A stretch of 64,000 nt of DNA. Source: a virus. Taxonomy: Duplodnaviria; Heunggongvirae; Uroviricota; Caudoviricetes. Made by a program: the position numbers and the translations under genes. The stretch lies in IMG/VR virus record IMGVR_UViG_2671180890_000004; one strand, 5' to 3'. This document shows positions 29,099-38,694 of this stretch, piece by piece (positions within the stretch are counted from its first letter, which is position 1; every line of letters begins with the position of its first letter). The notes below the pieces were generated by a model that was not told the origin of the DNA, made no database searches, and saw only the letters and a list, made by a program, of their open reading frames with translations.

Positions 29099-29287
29099 AT
29101 GACTGCAGAACAAGTCAAAGCTCTCTTCCGCCAGCGCGGGATCACTTTCACCCGCTGGGCAGAAGAAAACGGCTACAACCGCAATGAGGTATACCGCGTT
29201 CTCAATGGGCAGACCAAAGCCCGTTACGGTAAATCCCATGAAATCGCCGTGAAGTTGGGGCTGAAATCAACAGCTCAGGCAGCCTGA
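29099..29287 (+). CDS. Ner/Cro-like small DNA-binding protein
   Basis: 62 aa HTH protein, first gene of early operon, divergent from repressor. Confidence 0.55.
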   Translation: MTAEQVKALFRQRGITFTRWAEENGYNRNEVYRVLNGQTKARYGKSHEIAVKLGLKSTAQAA

Positions 29288-29333
29288 AGATTTTGAGTCT
29301 TTGTAAAAGGTTATCACATATCGCAAAAGAGGT

Positions 29334-29648
29334 ATGCAGATGAGTAAGACGAATGTTTCAAGCTCCGGCAGTCGCATCCTCCGGGTACTCAAAGCGCTGC
29401 GCGGTCATGCCCTGAACGGTATTTCCAACGGTGAACTGGCGGCAGCACTGCACGAGTCACCGGCAAACATCAACCGGGCACTCAACACCCTCATTGAAGA
29501 AGGGTTGGCCCTGAAACTGGAAAACGGGCGTTTCGCGCCGGGCATCCAGTTACTGCAGATCGCTATGGCCCACAGTAACGAGATGGCACGTGCACAGGAT
29601 CGCATTAACGAAATCAACCAACGTGTCATTTCAGGTAGTCGTTTGTAA
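29334..29648 (+). CDS. Winged-helix transcriptional regulator-like protein
   Basis: 104 aa with HTH-like ISNGELAAALHESPANINRALNTLIEEGL. Confidence 0.45.
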   Translation: MQMSKTNVSSSGSRILRVLKALRGHALNGISNGELAAALHESPANINRALNTLIEEGLALKLENGRFAPGIQLLQIAMAHSNEMARAQDRINEINQRVISGSRL

Positions 29649-29658
29649 GGAGTAATAA

Positions 29659-30570
29659 ATGGGACGCACCAAATCACCGATTAACACTGAACTGAACGCC
29701 GAGGTACCGCTGTCGGATGATCTCAATGTCAGTCTGAACGCCATGACACAGCATCGTATGGAGATCATGCAGCAGTTTGGCGATGGTCAGCCCTATGAGC
29801 GTGATCGCATAGTTCATGAGGCTCGGTTTTATATGGCACAGAGCGCTGAGGCCATGCTGGAAGCAGGTAAACGACTTATTATTCTCAAAGAAAATGAACC
29901 TCACGGGGACTTTGTTGGAATTGTAGAAGAACAACTTGGTCTGCATGTGCGCGCAGCACAACGAATGATGAAAGCATCTTTGAAATACCTTTCACCAAAA
30001 CTAGAGCCAAAAGCGACAACGTTGTCGCTTTTAGGTAAGGCAAAATTATTTGAACTTGTTGCTGAAGATGACGACGACCTTGCTGAACTGGCCGACGGTG
30101 GCACAGTTGCCGGACTGACGCTTGACGATGTTGATCGCATGTCAGTACGTGAATTGCGTCAGGCCCTGCGCGAAGCGCGCGAAACCAACGCAGCACAACA
30201 GCGCGTACTCGCCGACAAAAATGAAAAAATAGACTCACTCTCCACCAGACTGGAGAAGAAATCCCGTATTCAGCCACCTGAGCCTGATGAAGAGGTGAAG
30301 AAACTGCGGGCAGAAGTGACCGCGTTAGCGGTTGAGGCGGAATCTGCCATCGCCGTTCGACTGTCCAGCGCTTTTGAGACGCTGTGCGCATATTGTGCTG
30401 AAAACATGATTGATACCCCCAGAGACTTCATGGCGGGCCTGGTCTGTCAACTGGAAAGCACAGCGCGTAGCCTGCGCTCCACATTTGACCTGCCGGACGA
30501 GCCAACAGGCAATGCAGCGCCTTCATGGCTGACTGAGCCGACGCCACAGATTAACGGGCTGGAGGCATAA
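29659..30570 (+). CDS. Hypothetical early protein, coiled-coil rich
   Basis: 303 aa immediately upstream of transposase. Confidence 0.45.
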   Translation: MGRTKSPINTELNAEVPLSDDLNVSLNAMTQHRMEIMQQFGDGQPYERDRIVHEARFYMAQSAEAMLEAGKRLIILKENEPHGDFVGIVEEQLGLHVRAAQRMMKASLKYLSPKLEPKATTLSLLGKAKLFELVAEDDDDLAELADGGTVAGLTLDDVDRMSVRELRQALREARETNAAQQRVLADKNEKIDSLSTRLEKKSRIQPPEPDEEVKKLRAEVTALAVEAESAIAVRLSSAFETLCAYCAENMIDTPRDFMAGLVCQLESTARSLRSTFDLPDEPTGNAAPSWLTEPTPQINGLEA

Positions 30571-30573
30571 CCA

Positions 30574-32343
30574 ATGAATGCTGCCCTGACTGAACGACTG
30601 GTTTATGTCGCCCGCGCGGCACGTGACGCGGGGCATGGTAAACGCGGCGCAGTATACGACGCTGCCTGTGCTGAACTTGGCATGTCCCGCGCCACTCTGC
30701 TGCGCAGGCTGAAGGAGGTATCTGTGACTGATAAACGCAAAAAACGCGCCGATGCCGGGCGCAGCGCCCTGACCCGCGACGAAGCCGCGCTGATATCTGC
30801 CACACTGCGTGAGGCCACCCGCAAGAACGGTAAGCGTCTCTATTCCATCGCGGATGCAGTGGAAACCCTGCGGGCTAACGGCTTTATATCCGCAGGCAGA
30901 ACAGATGAAACCACCGGTGAGTTTTTCCCGTTGTCCGAAGATGCCATCAGCCGAGCCCTGCGTAACTATGGCCTGCACCCGGAACAACTGGATGCCCCTG
31001 CGCCGCATACCGAAGTGGCCAGTCTGCATCCCAATCATGTCTGGCAGATTGACGCCTCACTCTGCACGCTTTACTACCTGAGCAATGGACATAAAGGGCT
31101 GCAGGTGATGGACAGCGCGAAGTTCTACAAGAACAAGCCCGCTAACCTTGCCCGTATCGCCAGTGACCGCGTGTGGAGTTACGAGATTACCGACCATGCC
31201 AGCGGCTGGATTTACGTTGAGTATGTGACGGGCGCGGAATCAGGTGAGAACCTGTGTTCTGTGCTTATCAACGCCATGCAGGAGCGTGGCGGCGCAGACG
31301 TGCTGCACGGTGTGCCGAAAATACTCTATCTCGACCCCGGCTCGGCAAACACCGCGGGTATGACGAAAAACATGTGCCGCTCACTGGGCATCGACCTGAT
31401 AGCGCACAAGCCGCATAACGCCCGCGCCACCGGACAGGTGGAAAAGGCGCGGGACATTATCGAACGCAAGCTGGAGCCGGGTCTGAAGTTCCGGCCGGTT
31501 CACAGTCTGGAAGAACTCAACGCGCTGGCCGCGAAATGGCGCAGCCACTTTAACGCCACGGCTGTTCACAGCCGCCACGGTAAAACCCGCACGGATATCT
31601 GGCTGAAGATTACTGCTGAGCAGCTGAAAAAAGCGCCTTCCGTTGAGGTATGTCGTGAACTGGCTGTGGCGGCACCAGAACTCCGCAAAGTCACGCCAAA
31701 ACTTCGTGTCTCGTTCCGGGGCACTGAATTTGACGTATCAACGGTACCGGGCGTACTGGTTGGTGAAAAACTGATGATTACCCGTAACCCGTGGCGCAGC
31801 GATGTGGCACAGGTGGTTCTGACCGGTGAGGACGGCCACGAGACGTTCTTCCTGGTCGAAGAGGTCAGAAAGAACGAGTTTGGCTTTGCTGAAGGCGCGG
31901 CGGTATTTGGCGAAAGTTACAAAGCCCTGCCGGAAACCCCGGCGCAGATGGCGGCAAAAGAAACCGAAGCGCTGGTCACCGGTACAGACAACGCCGCAGA
32001 TGCAGCTGCCGCACGCAAGGCGAAGGCGCTGCCGTTCGGCGGGCGGCTTGACCCGTATAAACATATCGACGACACCACACTTCCGGCCTATATGCCGAAG
32101 CGTGGTCAGGCCTCTGACGTACGCGGGCCGCGCACTGAACAACGTCCCATGACTTATGTGGAGGCCGCGAAAGCCCTGCGCGATAAGTTCAGCGCCAACG
32201 GCTTTACCTGGACGCCGGAACATTACCGCCAGTTAACGGCACAGTATCCGGACGGCGTACCGGAAGCCGCACTGGATGAAGTCATGGCCACGCTGACCAC
32301 GCCGGCCCGCAGCAGCGTTATCAGTATTGTTAACGGCAACTGA
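30574..32343 (+). CDS. DDE transposase (phage transposase A analogue, integrase-core type)
   Basis: 589 aa with candidate DDE residues in HVWQIDAS and LYLDPGSANT; followed by AAA+ B-like gene. Confidence 0.8.
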   Translation: MNAALTERLVYVARAARDAGHGKRGAVYDAACAELGMSRATLLRRLKEVSVTDKRKKRADAGRSALTRDEAALISATLREATRKNGKRLYSIADAVETLRANGFISAGRTDETTGEFFPLSEDAISRALRNYGLHPEQLDAPAPHTEVASLHPNHVWQIDASLCTLYYLSNGHKGLQVMDSAKFYKNKPANLARIASDRVWSYEITDHASGWIYVEYVTGAESGENLCSVLINAMQERGGADVLHGVPKILYLDPGSANTAGMTKNMCRSLGIDLIAHKPHNARATGQVEKARDIIERKLEPGLKFRPVHSLEELNALAAKWRSHFNATAVHSRHGKTRTDIWLKITAEQLKKAPSVEVCRELAVAAPELRKVTPKLRVSFRGTEFDVSTVPGVLVGEKLMITRNPWRSDVAQVVLTGEDGHETFFLVEEVRKNEFGFAEGAAVFGESYKALPETPAQMAAKETEALVTGTDNAADAAAARKAKALPFGGRLDPYKHIDDTTLPAYMPKRGQASDVRGPRTEQRPMTYVEAAKALRDKFSANGFTWTPEHYRQLTAQYPDGVPEAALDEVMATLTTPARSSVISIVNGN

Positions 32344-32353
32344 GGAGGGAAAC

Positions 32354-33520
32354 ATGCTGGTACTGAAGCAGCAACTGAAAGAAGCCCGTATTCCACAGGC
32401 GGTGGTGGCGAGAGCTGTCGATGTTTCTGAGGCCACGCTGGCCCAGATTGTGAATCATAACGCGTGGCCCCGCACCAGCCCCGGAGAAGTGCGCCGGCGT
32501 CTTGCGTCCTGGCTGGAAAGTCAGGGGATTGATACAACGAAGAGTTTTGATGCTGTACAGGGCGCGGCCACGCCCCGTACAGCGGGTACCACAGATAAAA
32601 CGAGCCTCAGTGAGGAAGAGAATATGTTACTCAAAAAACAGGTGTTATTTCCAGCAACCAAAAAAGCGTTTGGTCTTTTCCGTGACCCGTTCGCCGACGA
32701 AGCCATGCAGGGTTCTGATGATGTGTTCACCACCCCGGATATTCGCTACGTGCGTGAGGCGTTGTACCAGACAGCCCGTCATGGTGGGTTTATGGCCGTC
32801 ATCGGTGAGTCCGGTGCGGGTAAATCCACGCTGCGCCGCGACCTGACTGAACGTATCAACCGCGAGAATGCGCCGGTAATTGTTATCGAGCCATACATCA
32901 TCGCTATGGAAGACAACGATGTGAAAGGGAAAACCCTGAAGGCAGCAGCGATTGCCGAAGCCATTATCAGTACCATCGCACCACTGGAAAGCATCAGACG
33001 CAGTCAGGACGCCCGCTTTCGCCAGTTGCATCGCGTCCTGAAAGACAGCAGCCAGGCGGGGTTCAGCCACGTTCTGGTGATTGAGGAGGCCCACAGTCTG
33101 CCCATTCCGACACTGAAACACCTCAAACGCTTTTTTGAGCTGGAGTCCGGTTTCAAAAAACTGCTGTCCATCGTGCTGATTGGCCAGCCGGAACTGGCGA
33201 CAAAACTGTCTGAACGCAATATGGAAGTCCGTGAAGTCGTTCAGCGCTGTGAGGTGGTCGAACTTCTGCCTCTGGACAATAACCTTGAAGAGTTTCTGAC
33301 GTTCAAACTGCAACGGGCCGGTAAACAACTGACGGACATTATGGACGCCAGCGCAGTGGATGCCATACGTGCCCGCCTGAGCAATCCGGGAAGTCATCGT
33401 AAAAATATGGTCAGCCTGCTGTATCCGCTGGCCGTCAGTAACCTGGTAATAGCCGCCATGAATCTGGCCGCTGAAATCGGGGTTCCACAGGTCAACGCTG
33501 ACGTTGTCAAAGGGGTTTAA
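32354..33520 (+). CDS. Transposition ATPase (MuB/IstB-like AAA+ with N-terminal HTH)
   Basis: Walker A AVIGESGAGKST; start set at Met after GAGGAGGG RBS. Confidence 0.75.
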   Translation: MLVLKQQLKEARIPQAVVARAVDVSEATLAQIVNHNAWPRTSPGEVRRRLASWLESQGIDTTKSFDAVQGAATPRTAGTTDKTSLSEEENMLLKKQVLFPATKKAFGLFRDPFADEAMQGSDDVFTTPDIRYVREALYQTARHGGFMAVIGESGAGKSTLRRDLTERINRENAPVIVIEPYIIAMEDNDVKGKTLKAAAIAEAIISTIAPLESIRRSQDARFRQLHRVLKDSSQAGFSHVLVIEEAHSLPIPTLKHLKRFFELESGFKKLLSIVLIGQPELATKLSERNMEVREVVQRCEVVELLPLDNNLEEFLTFKLQRAGKQLTDIMDASAVDAIRARLSNPGSHRKNMVSLLYPLAVSNLVIAAMNLAAEIGVPQVNADVVKGV

Positions 33521-33522
33521 TA

Positions 33523-33792
33523 ATGAAATCCACCACAGGTATCAACCAGCAAATCAGCAAAGTGCAGTCAGCCATTATGGCGCTTAAGGCGACGAACACG
33601 GATGTACAAAGCATCACCATCAGGGGTAACAAACCTGTCATCCGCGTTTCCCGGAGTGCGCATTGCATGCGCATGCTTGAGCAGGGAAAGGCCTGTTATC
33701 TGTATACCGGTCATGACCACAGGGGACATTTCCGTCAGGGCGTTTTCGAACTGCACGGCTGTCGCGTCGTGTGGCCGGAATCTTTGTGGTAA
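33523..33792 (+). CDS. Hypothetical 89-aa early protein
   Basis: ORF between B-like and Gam-like genes. Confidence 0.4.
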   Translation: MKSTTGINQQISKVQSAIMALKATNTDVQSITIRGNKPVIRVSRSAHCMRMLEQGKACYLYTGHDHRGHFRQGVFELHGCRVVWPESLW

Positions 33793-33819
33793 TCAGCACA
33801 ACAGGAGGAGTCATAAAAT

Positions 33820-34350
33820 ATGGCAAAAAGTACAAAAGGGGCAAAACGTATCAAAGCCGCAGCAGCACTCTGGGTGCCGGGGACACGCGAAGAGGTCATT
33901 GAGGGAATCAGACTGCTTGGTGACGCGCAACGTGAACTGGTCAGGGCTGAAACAGAAATGAATGACACCATTGGCGACATCACCGCACGTTATGCCCCGC
34001 TCACCGAGAGCCTGAAAAAACGCATGGCCGAACTGCAGTCCGGTATTCAGACATGGTGTGAGGCACACCGTGATGAACTGACCGGCAACGGGAAGGTGAA
34101 GTTCGCTAACCTCACCACCGGCGAGGTGCAGTGGCGAAACCGTCCGCCGTCAGTCAGTATCCGTGGGGCGGATAATGTTATTGAATTACTGAGACGTCTG
34201 GGGCTTGAGCGCTTTATCCGTGTAAAGGAGGAAATAAATAAAGACGCCATCCTGAATGAAAAGGACGCCGTGAAAAATATTCCCGGTATTACCATAAAAA
34301 GTGATATTGAGGATTTTTCAATAATTCCTTTTGAGCAGAATGTGCAGTAA
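33820..34350 (+). CDS. gam: Gam-like host-nuclease inhibitor (DNA end-binding)
   Basis: 176 aa, size and position as Mu Gam. Confidence 0.65.
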   Translation: MAKSTKGAKRIKAAAALWVPGTREEVIEGIRLLGDAQRELVRAETEMNDTIGDITARYAPLTESLKKRMAELQSGIQTWCEAHRDELTGNGKVKFANLTTGEVQWRNRPPSVSIRGADNVIELLRRLGLERFIRVKEEINKDAILNEKDAVKNIPGITIKSDIEDFSIIPFEQNVQ

Positions 34351-34446
34351 AAACAGCATATAAGCTATTTAAAACAGCCTTTTCTTTTTTATTCCGGCAT
34401 CAGCGCCGTGGGCTTCTGCACGCCGGAAACAGAGGAGAATTAAATC

Positions 34447-34641
34447 ATGATATTTAAATGTATTCAGTGCGAGAGGGATATAACAGCCCTGCGTTTTCAC
34501 AGCGCCATCGCCGTGATGTCCGGTAAGTACCACGTACCTGCAGTACGCGTCACCCTGGTCTGTCCGTACTGCAGTCAGCATTTTTCGGCAGACGTGCCCG
34601 TCATGGAATTCTCCCGCCCTGACAGGGAGGACTCGCAATGA
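34447..34641 (+). CDS. Small zinc-ribbon-like protein
   Basis: 64 aa with CxxC...CPYC cysteine pairs. Confidence 0.4.
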   Translation: MIFKCIQCERDITALRFHSAIAVMSGKYHVPAVRVTLVCPYCSQHFSADVPVMEFSRPDREDSQ

Positions 34642-34910
34642 TTACCCCACAGGAAGCACGACAGCGCACCCGAACCCTTGTTGAACACTATGTCAACGAG
34701 TGTGAATGCCGCGACCTCACCGATGTGAAGCACGTCCTGACGGCGCTAATCAGCATGACCGCTCAGGCCATTGTGGCGACCAACGGAAAGGCGGCTGCCC
34801 TGCAGGTACTGGTGAACACACTCACCCACACGGCAGAGCACGATGTGCCGTACCGGATGGAAACCACTGCAGAAGGCGGCCTGAACATCACCGTCGACCG
34901 GAAACACTGA
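34638..34910 (+). CDS. Hypothetical 90-aa early protein
   Basis: ORF, start overlaps previous stop. Confidence 0.4.
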   Translation: MITPQEARQRTRTLVEHYVNECECRDLTDVKHVLTALISMTAQAIVATNGKAAALQVLVNTLTHTAEHDVPYRMETTAEGGLNITVDRKH

Positions 34911-34919
34911 GGGCGCGGC

Positions 34920-35225
34920 ATGACACGGAACACCGAACTCACCCGCACCGCCCTCTACCGTCTGGCCCTGCAGCGTTTCGGGCCGGACGCACAGGCCCTG
35001 AAACTGACAGAAGAGGCCGCTGAACTGGCGGCCAGTGCCGCCCGCAACCTGAACGGACAGGGCAGCGAAAGTGACCTCGCGGCAGAGCTGGCAGACGTGG
35101 AAATCATGACAGAGCAGCTGCGCCTTCAGGGAATGGACCGGCTGATTGACTTCCACAAACAGAAAAAACTGGAACGCCTTGCCGCACGGCTGGGCGTCAT
35201 GTACACCGGAGATACTGAACAATGA
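34920..35225 (+). CDS. MazG-like nucleotide pyrophosphohydrolase domain protein
   Basis: 101 aa with acidic EEAAELAASAARN...AAELADVEIM helices typical of small MazG-like enzymes. Confidence 0.55.
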   Translation: MTRNTELTRTALYRLALQRFGPDAQALKLTEEAAELAASAARNLNGQGSESDLAAELADVEIMTEQLRLQGMDRLIDFHKQKKLERLAARLGVMYTGDTEQ

Positions 35226-35905
35226 CAGACCAGGATAAACACATTGAGAAACTGAAAAAGTTGCTGGCGCTGGCCGCATCCGGCAACCCTCACGAGGCCG
35301 CTCTGGCACTGCGCCGTGCCCGTAAACTGATGGATGTTCACGGCATCACACATTCCGACATCGCCATGAGTGATATTGATGAAACCATCAGTCACTACTG
35401 GCCGACAGGCAGCCTCCGTCCACCGCGCTACATGCTGGGCCTGATGAACATCATCCGCGAGGCATTTGGTGTTAACTCCATCATTCACCCCGGCACATAT
35501 CCGGGTGTGGGGTTCTACGGCAACCGGGAACGGGCTGCACTGGCTGCGTACACCTGGGAAGTGCTGGCCCGCCAGCTGAAAAAGGCGCGTCAGCAATATA
35601 TCAGCGCACAGAACAAAAGAATAAAAACTGCCACCCGTACCAGCCGTGGTGACCAGTTTGCTGAAGGCTGGGTGCTGGCCGTTATCAGTGAAATACAGTC
35701 CTTCGCCCTGACCGATGACGAACGTGAACTGATGCAGCAGTGGCTGGAACATAAATACCCGCAGACGCAAACCACCAGGGCGCGTAAACCGGGAAGAAGC
35801 CGCAATGGCGACGCCTCGCGCTATGCGGGGTTTCTTGAAGGGCAGAACGTCAGACTGCACCGCCCGGTCAGTGGGCAGGAACAACAGAAACTGGAGGCCA
35901 GATGA
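35222..35905 (+). CDS. Hypothetical early protein
   Basis: 227 aa, N-terminal KLKKLLALAASGNPHEAALALRRARKLM helix pair. Confidence 0.4.
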   Translation: MTDQDKHIEKLKKLLALAASGNPHEAALALRRARKLMDVHGITHSDIAMSDIDETISHYWPTGSLRPPRYMLGLMNIIREAFGVNSIIHPGTYPGVGFYGNRERAALAAYTWEVLARQLKKARQQYISAQNKRIKTATRTSRGDQFAEGWVLAVISEIQSFALTDDERELMQQWLEHKYPQTQTTRARKPGRSRNGDASRYAGFLEGQNVRLHRPVSGQEQQKLEAR

Positions 35906-36132
35906 TTACGCTATCAGGTAAAAGCCGGAAATTAAAAGCCTGCCGAATATCTGCCAGATACCTTTTTGCCCGCGCCTTTTTTAAGAACGTCAGGCCGGGG
36001 ATCACAATTGGTGTTATTGCCGGACGCGAACAGGTTGAAAAATACATGTCAGGTGCATGGTGGAATAACGACCCTGTCATTGCTGCCCGTAATATTCATA
36101 TCAGTTGGGGGGATATTCAGAATGACGGCTGA
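35902..36132 (+). CDS. Hypothetical 76-aa protein
   Basis: ORF only. Confidence 0.3.
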   Translation: MITLSGKSRKLKACRISARYLFARAFFKNVRPGITIGVIAGREQVEKYMSGAWWNNDPVIAARNIHISWGDIQNDG

Positions 36133-36337
36133 ATCTGTTGTATGTGCCCTGTTCTGGTATTGTTTTGTCGGTTGGTGTACTGCTGAACTGCACCGCCGTT
36201 CAGGGTTTTATTCACGTTACAGTGGTGCTGGCTACTGGATTAGCTGGTCGGTGATGTTCCTGTGCTGGCCTGTGGCGCTTCCTTTATATGTCGATTATAT
36301 CGGTGGCGCAGGTAAAAGGAGCAACGATGATGACTAA
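36122..36337 (+). CDS. Small membrane protein
   Basis: 71 aa with two hydrophobic segments. Confidence 0.35.
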   Translation: MTAESVVCALFWYCFVGWCTAELHRRSGFYSRYSGAGYWISWSVMFLCWPVALPLYVDYIGGAGKRSNDDD

Positions 36338-36779
36338 ACAACGTCTTATCCAGCTCATTCATATTGCCCGTAATGAACTGGGTATGGATGAAGACACCTA
36401 CCGCCAGATGTTACAGGGGCTGACCGGTAAAGCCTCAACCAAAGGAATGGATACCACACAACTAAACTGCGTGCTGGAATCCATGAAAAGGAAAGGCTTT
36501 CGCGTTAAGCCTGCCGGAAAAGCCAGCTCCGGTTTACCGCTGGATAACCATCCGCAGTCCAGGAAAATCCGTGCGCTATGGCTTGAAATGGCTGCTGCCG
36601 GCATTGTTCGTGACCGTTCAGAAAATGCATTAGCGCGGTGGATCAAGCGGGAAACGGGCATCAGCGCCCTGCGCTGGCTCAGTACTGAACAGGCAAGCAG
36701 TGTTATTGAGAAACTGAAGAAGTGGCAGCGCAGAGCTGCGGGAGTCAAACATGAGCGACCTGAATCAGTTTCGAAGTAA
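36327..36779 (+). CDS. GemA/gp16-like protein
   Basis: About 150 aa immediately upstream of Mor-like gene. Confidence 0.55.
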   Translation: MMTKQRLIQLIHIARNELGMDEDTYRQMLQGLTGKASTKGMDTTQLNCVLESMKRKGFRVKPAGKASSGLPLDNHPQSRKIRALWLEMAAAGIVRDRSENALARWIKRETGISALRWLSTEQASSVIEKLKKWQRRAAGVKHERPESVSK

Positions 36780-37149
36780 AGGGCCGGAACTCCTGGTGGA
36801 GCTGGCACAGCATACCTCTGAGACCGTTCGCGAGATTATTGATATTGAGCCCGCAATTGCCGACCAGATTGGTCAGGCCGTCGCGAACCGAATGATGCAG
36901 GTCTGGGGCGGGCAAAACGTTTATTTCCCGATGGGCATGGTATGGAAGGTCAGTCAGCGCGACCGGGAAATCTTCAGGGAGTTTAACGGACGCAACCACC
37001 ACGAACTGGCCCGCAAGTTTGGTGTTTCGCTTCAGTGGGTCTACAGCGTGGTTAAGCGGGTCAGAAAAGAAGAACTGGATCGGATGCAGGGCAGGTTGTT
37101 TGATGAAGATCTGCCAGAGGAGACGAAAGACGTTAACAAATCCAGATAA
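36751..37149 (+). CDS. mor: Mor/C-family transcription activator
   Basis: 132 aa, C-terminal HTH HELARKFGVSLQWVYSVVKR; last gene of early operon. Confidence 0.7.
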   Translation: MSDLNQFRSKGPELLVELAQHTSETVREIIDIEPAIADQIGQAVANRMMQVWGGQNVYFPMGMVWKVSQRDREIFREFNGRNHHELARKFGVSLQWVYSVVKRVRKEELDRMQGRLFDEDLPEETKDVNKSR

Positions 37150-37189
37150 TTCCTGCTTGTTAAAGTCCTTTCAAAAATCTCCTTATTGT

Positions 37190-37230
37190 ATAAAAGCACG
37201 GTAGACCCCTTACCGTGCTTTTTTTATGCT
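37190..37230 (+). terminator. Rho-independent terminator after Mor-like gene
   Basis: Hairpin AAAGCACGGTAG...TACCGTGCTTT followed by T-run. Confidence 0.6.
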
Positions 37231-37263
37231 CTCTCTTTAGTATTCAGGATGCAGGGAGAAAAT

Positions 37264-37896
37264 ATGTTTGACGTTTCGTTGTTAAATCTGCCATGGGCAA
37301 CACTGGTGACCCTGACCAGTGGCTATATTGGGTATTTTATTGCGAATGTGGGACTGAAGGATCACCACAAGCCCATTGAGGTGACTTTTTCTTCGCTGAT
37401 TTTTGGCCTGACAGCAATGATGGCTTACCAGGCTGTTATGTGGGCAGGTCTGAATGCCTGGCTGGCAACACCACCAGCACTTCTGTGTGCCCTTACATGC
37501 GGTGCGTGGTGGCGCAGGTACGGTCGCAAATGGATGTACAGATTACTGTGGAATAATGATATTTCATGGTCTGACGATACCAGCTCAGCATGGCAGGCAA
37601 TGTTTGATCAAACAGGCTTCAGCGTTACCGAGGTCAGAGTGATTCTTCGCGATGGTTCCGGTATGATGTCACGGCTGCCAGGGAACTTTGAAGAGTGGCC
37701 TAACGGTCCGTTTACCCTGGGGAATAAAGGCGATATGGTTCTTTACGTCACGCACAGCAGCCCTTCAGGCAGTAACGAATGGGAAGAGTATAAAGGCGTG
37801 GTTGATAAGTACTGGGGAGCTCTGGCAACCTATATTCCAGCAGATCAGATTGCCAGAGTGGAGATCAGGCGCGTTCGTGCAACGAACGATGAATGA
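37264..37896 (+). CDS. Membrane protein with two to three N-terminal TM helices and about 110-aa soluble C-terminal domain
   Basis: Start chosen at ATG after AGGGAG RBS; last gene before the prophage terminus. Confidence 0.5.
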   Translation: MFDVSLLNLPWATLVTLTSGYIGYFIANVGLKDHHKPIEVTFSSLIFGLTAMMAYQAVMWAGLNAWLATPPALLCALTCGAWWRRYGRKWMYRLLWNNDISWSDDTSSAWQAMFDQTGFSVTEVRVILRDGSGMMSRLPGNFEEWPNGPFTLGNKGDMVLYVTHSSPSGSNEWEEYKGVVDKYWGALATYIPADQIARVEIRRVRATNDE

Positions 37897-38199
37897 TGTT
37901 TATTTTTTCCCTGGGGCAGGGGCTGCCGGCATAGTGGTTTTATTGGCAGAGGAAGACGATTCTCCTTTTCTACCGGAATCGCGCTCGAACGTCACGATGT
38001 GCTTGCTTTTGGGCTTTTCTGAGTAATCCAGGCTATCATGCTTATTGTTTTGAGTAGTCATTGGAATCATCCTTTTTGTTGCGGGTCATGTTTCAGCAAA
38101 CTCGATTCTAAGTTGCCAGGAAGGATGATTTCAATGCCCGACTTATCTATCGTATAGCGGAAAAGAATTTCAGTTCTGTTCACCAGAACCCATGTTAAC

Positions 38200-38257
38200 C
38201 CACTCCAATTCGTTATTTATCTCACGGATCCCCCTTCATTTATCTCATGTCTGATCA
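38200..38257. repeat. Prophage terminal region with two TTATTTATCTCA repeats ending CA at the host junction
   Basis: Repeats about 25 bp apart next to the junction; on the other strand the terminus begins TG, as for Mu-type ends. Confidence 0.45.
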
Positions 38258-38694
38258 GGAATGCCTGGAACCCATGAGTGCAGGATCATGGCGGCGATGT
38301 TGGCTTCAAGTGGGATAACCAGTACCCAAAACCACCAGTACAACCAGCCGATGGTATAGCCCGCCCAGCGGCCAATGGCTTTATCGGCATAGGTGGAAAA
38401 CGAACCGGTATCGGGCGTGGCAACCGCCATTTCCGCCAACATCCGCATAATCATAACCACCAGTAATCCGGCGAACAGATAGGCCAGTAATACCGCCGGG
38501 CCCGCTTCGGCGATGGCGACGCTGGAACCGACAAACAGACTTGCGCCGATAACACCGGCAATAGACAACATGGTGACGTGGCGTGACTTCAGCCCGCCGC
38601 CTAACTCATGTGGTTGCGATGATTGCCCCATCCTGAATCCTCTCGAAAGTGTGTCACTTGGGAGAGCGCCCCGACATTTCCCGCGTCGGGTCAC
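38258..38694 (-). pseudogene. gabP: gabP 5' fragment (GABA permease N-terminal about 125 codons) interrupted by the prophage
   Basis: Translation matches GabP N-terminus through HSWVPGIP then diverges into phage DNA with a stop 3 codons later. Confidence 0.85.

Larger units (their letters stand above)
1..38257. mobile_element. Mu/BcepMu-like transposable prophage, truncated by window start; right terminus inside gabP
   Basis: Contiguous Mu-type head genes, contractile tail genes, SLT lysis cassette, DDE transposase plus AAA+ B-like ATPase, Gam-like, Mor-like and Gin-like invertase; boundary placed where the GabP reading frame stops matching GabP. Confidence 0.75.

Noticed and set aside
32645-33397. 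250-aa minus-strand ORF
   Set aside because: Antisense to the B-like ATPase gene, inside a uniformly plus-strand operon
35126-35884. 252-aa minus-strand ORF
   Set aside because: Antisense to early-region genes with coupled starts and stops
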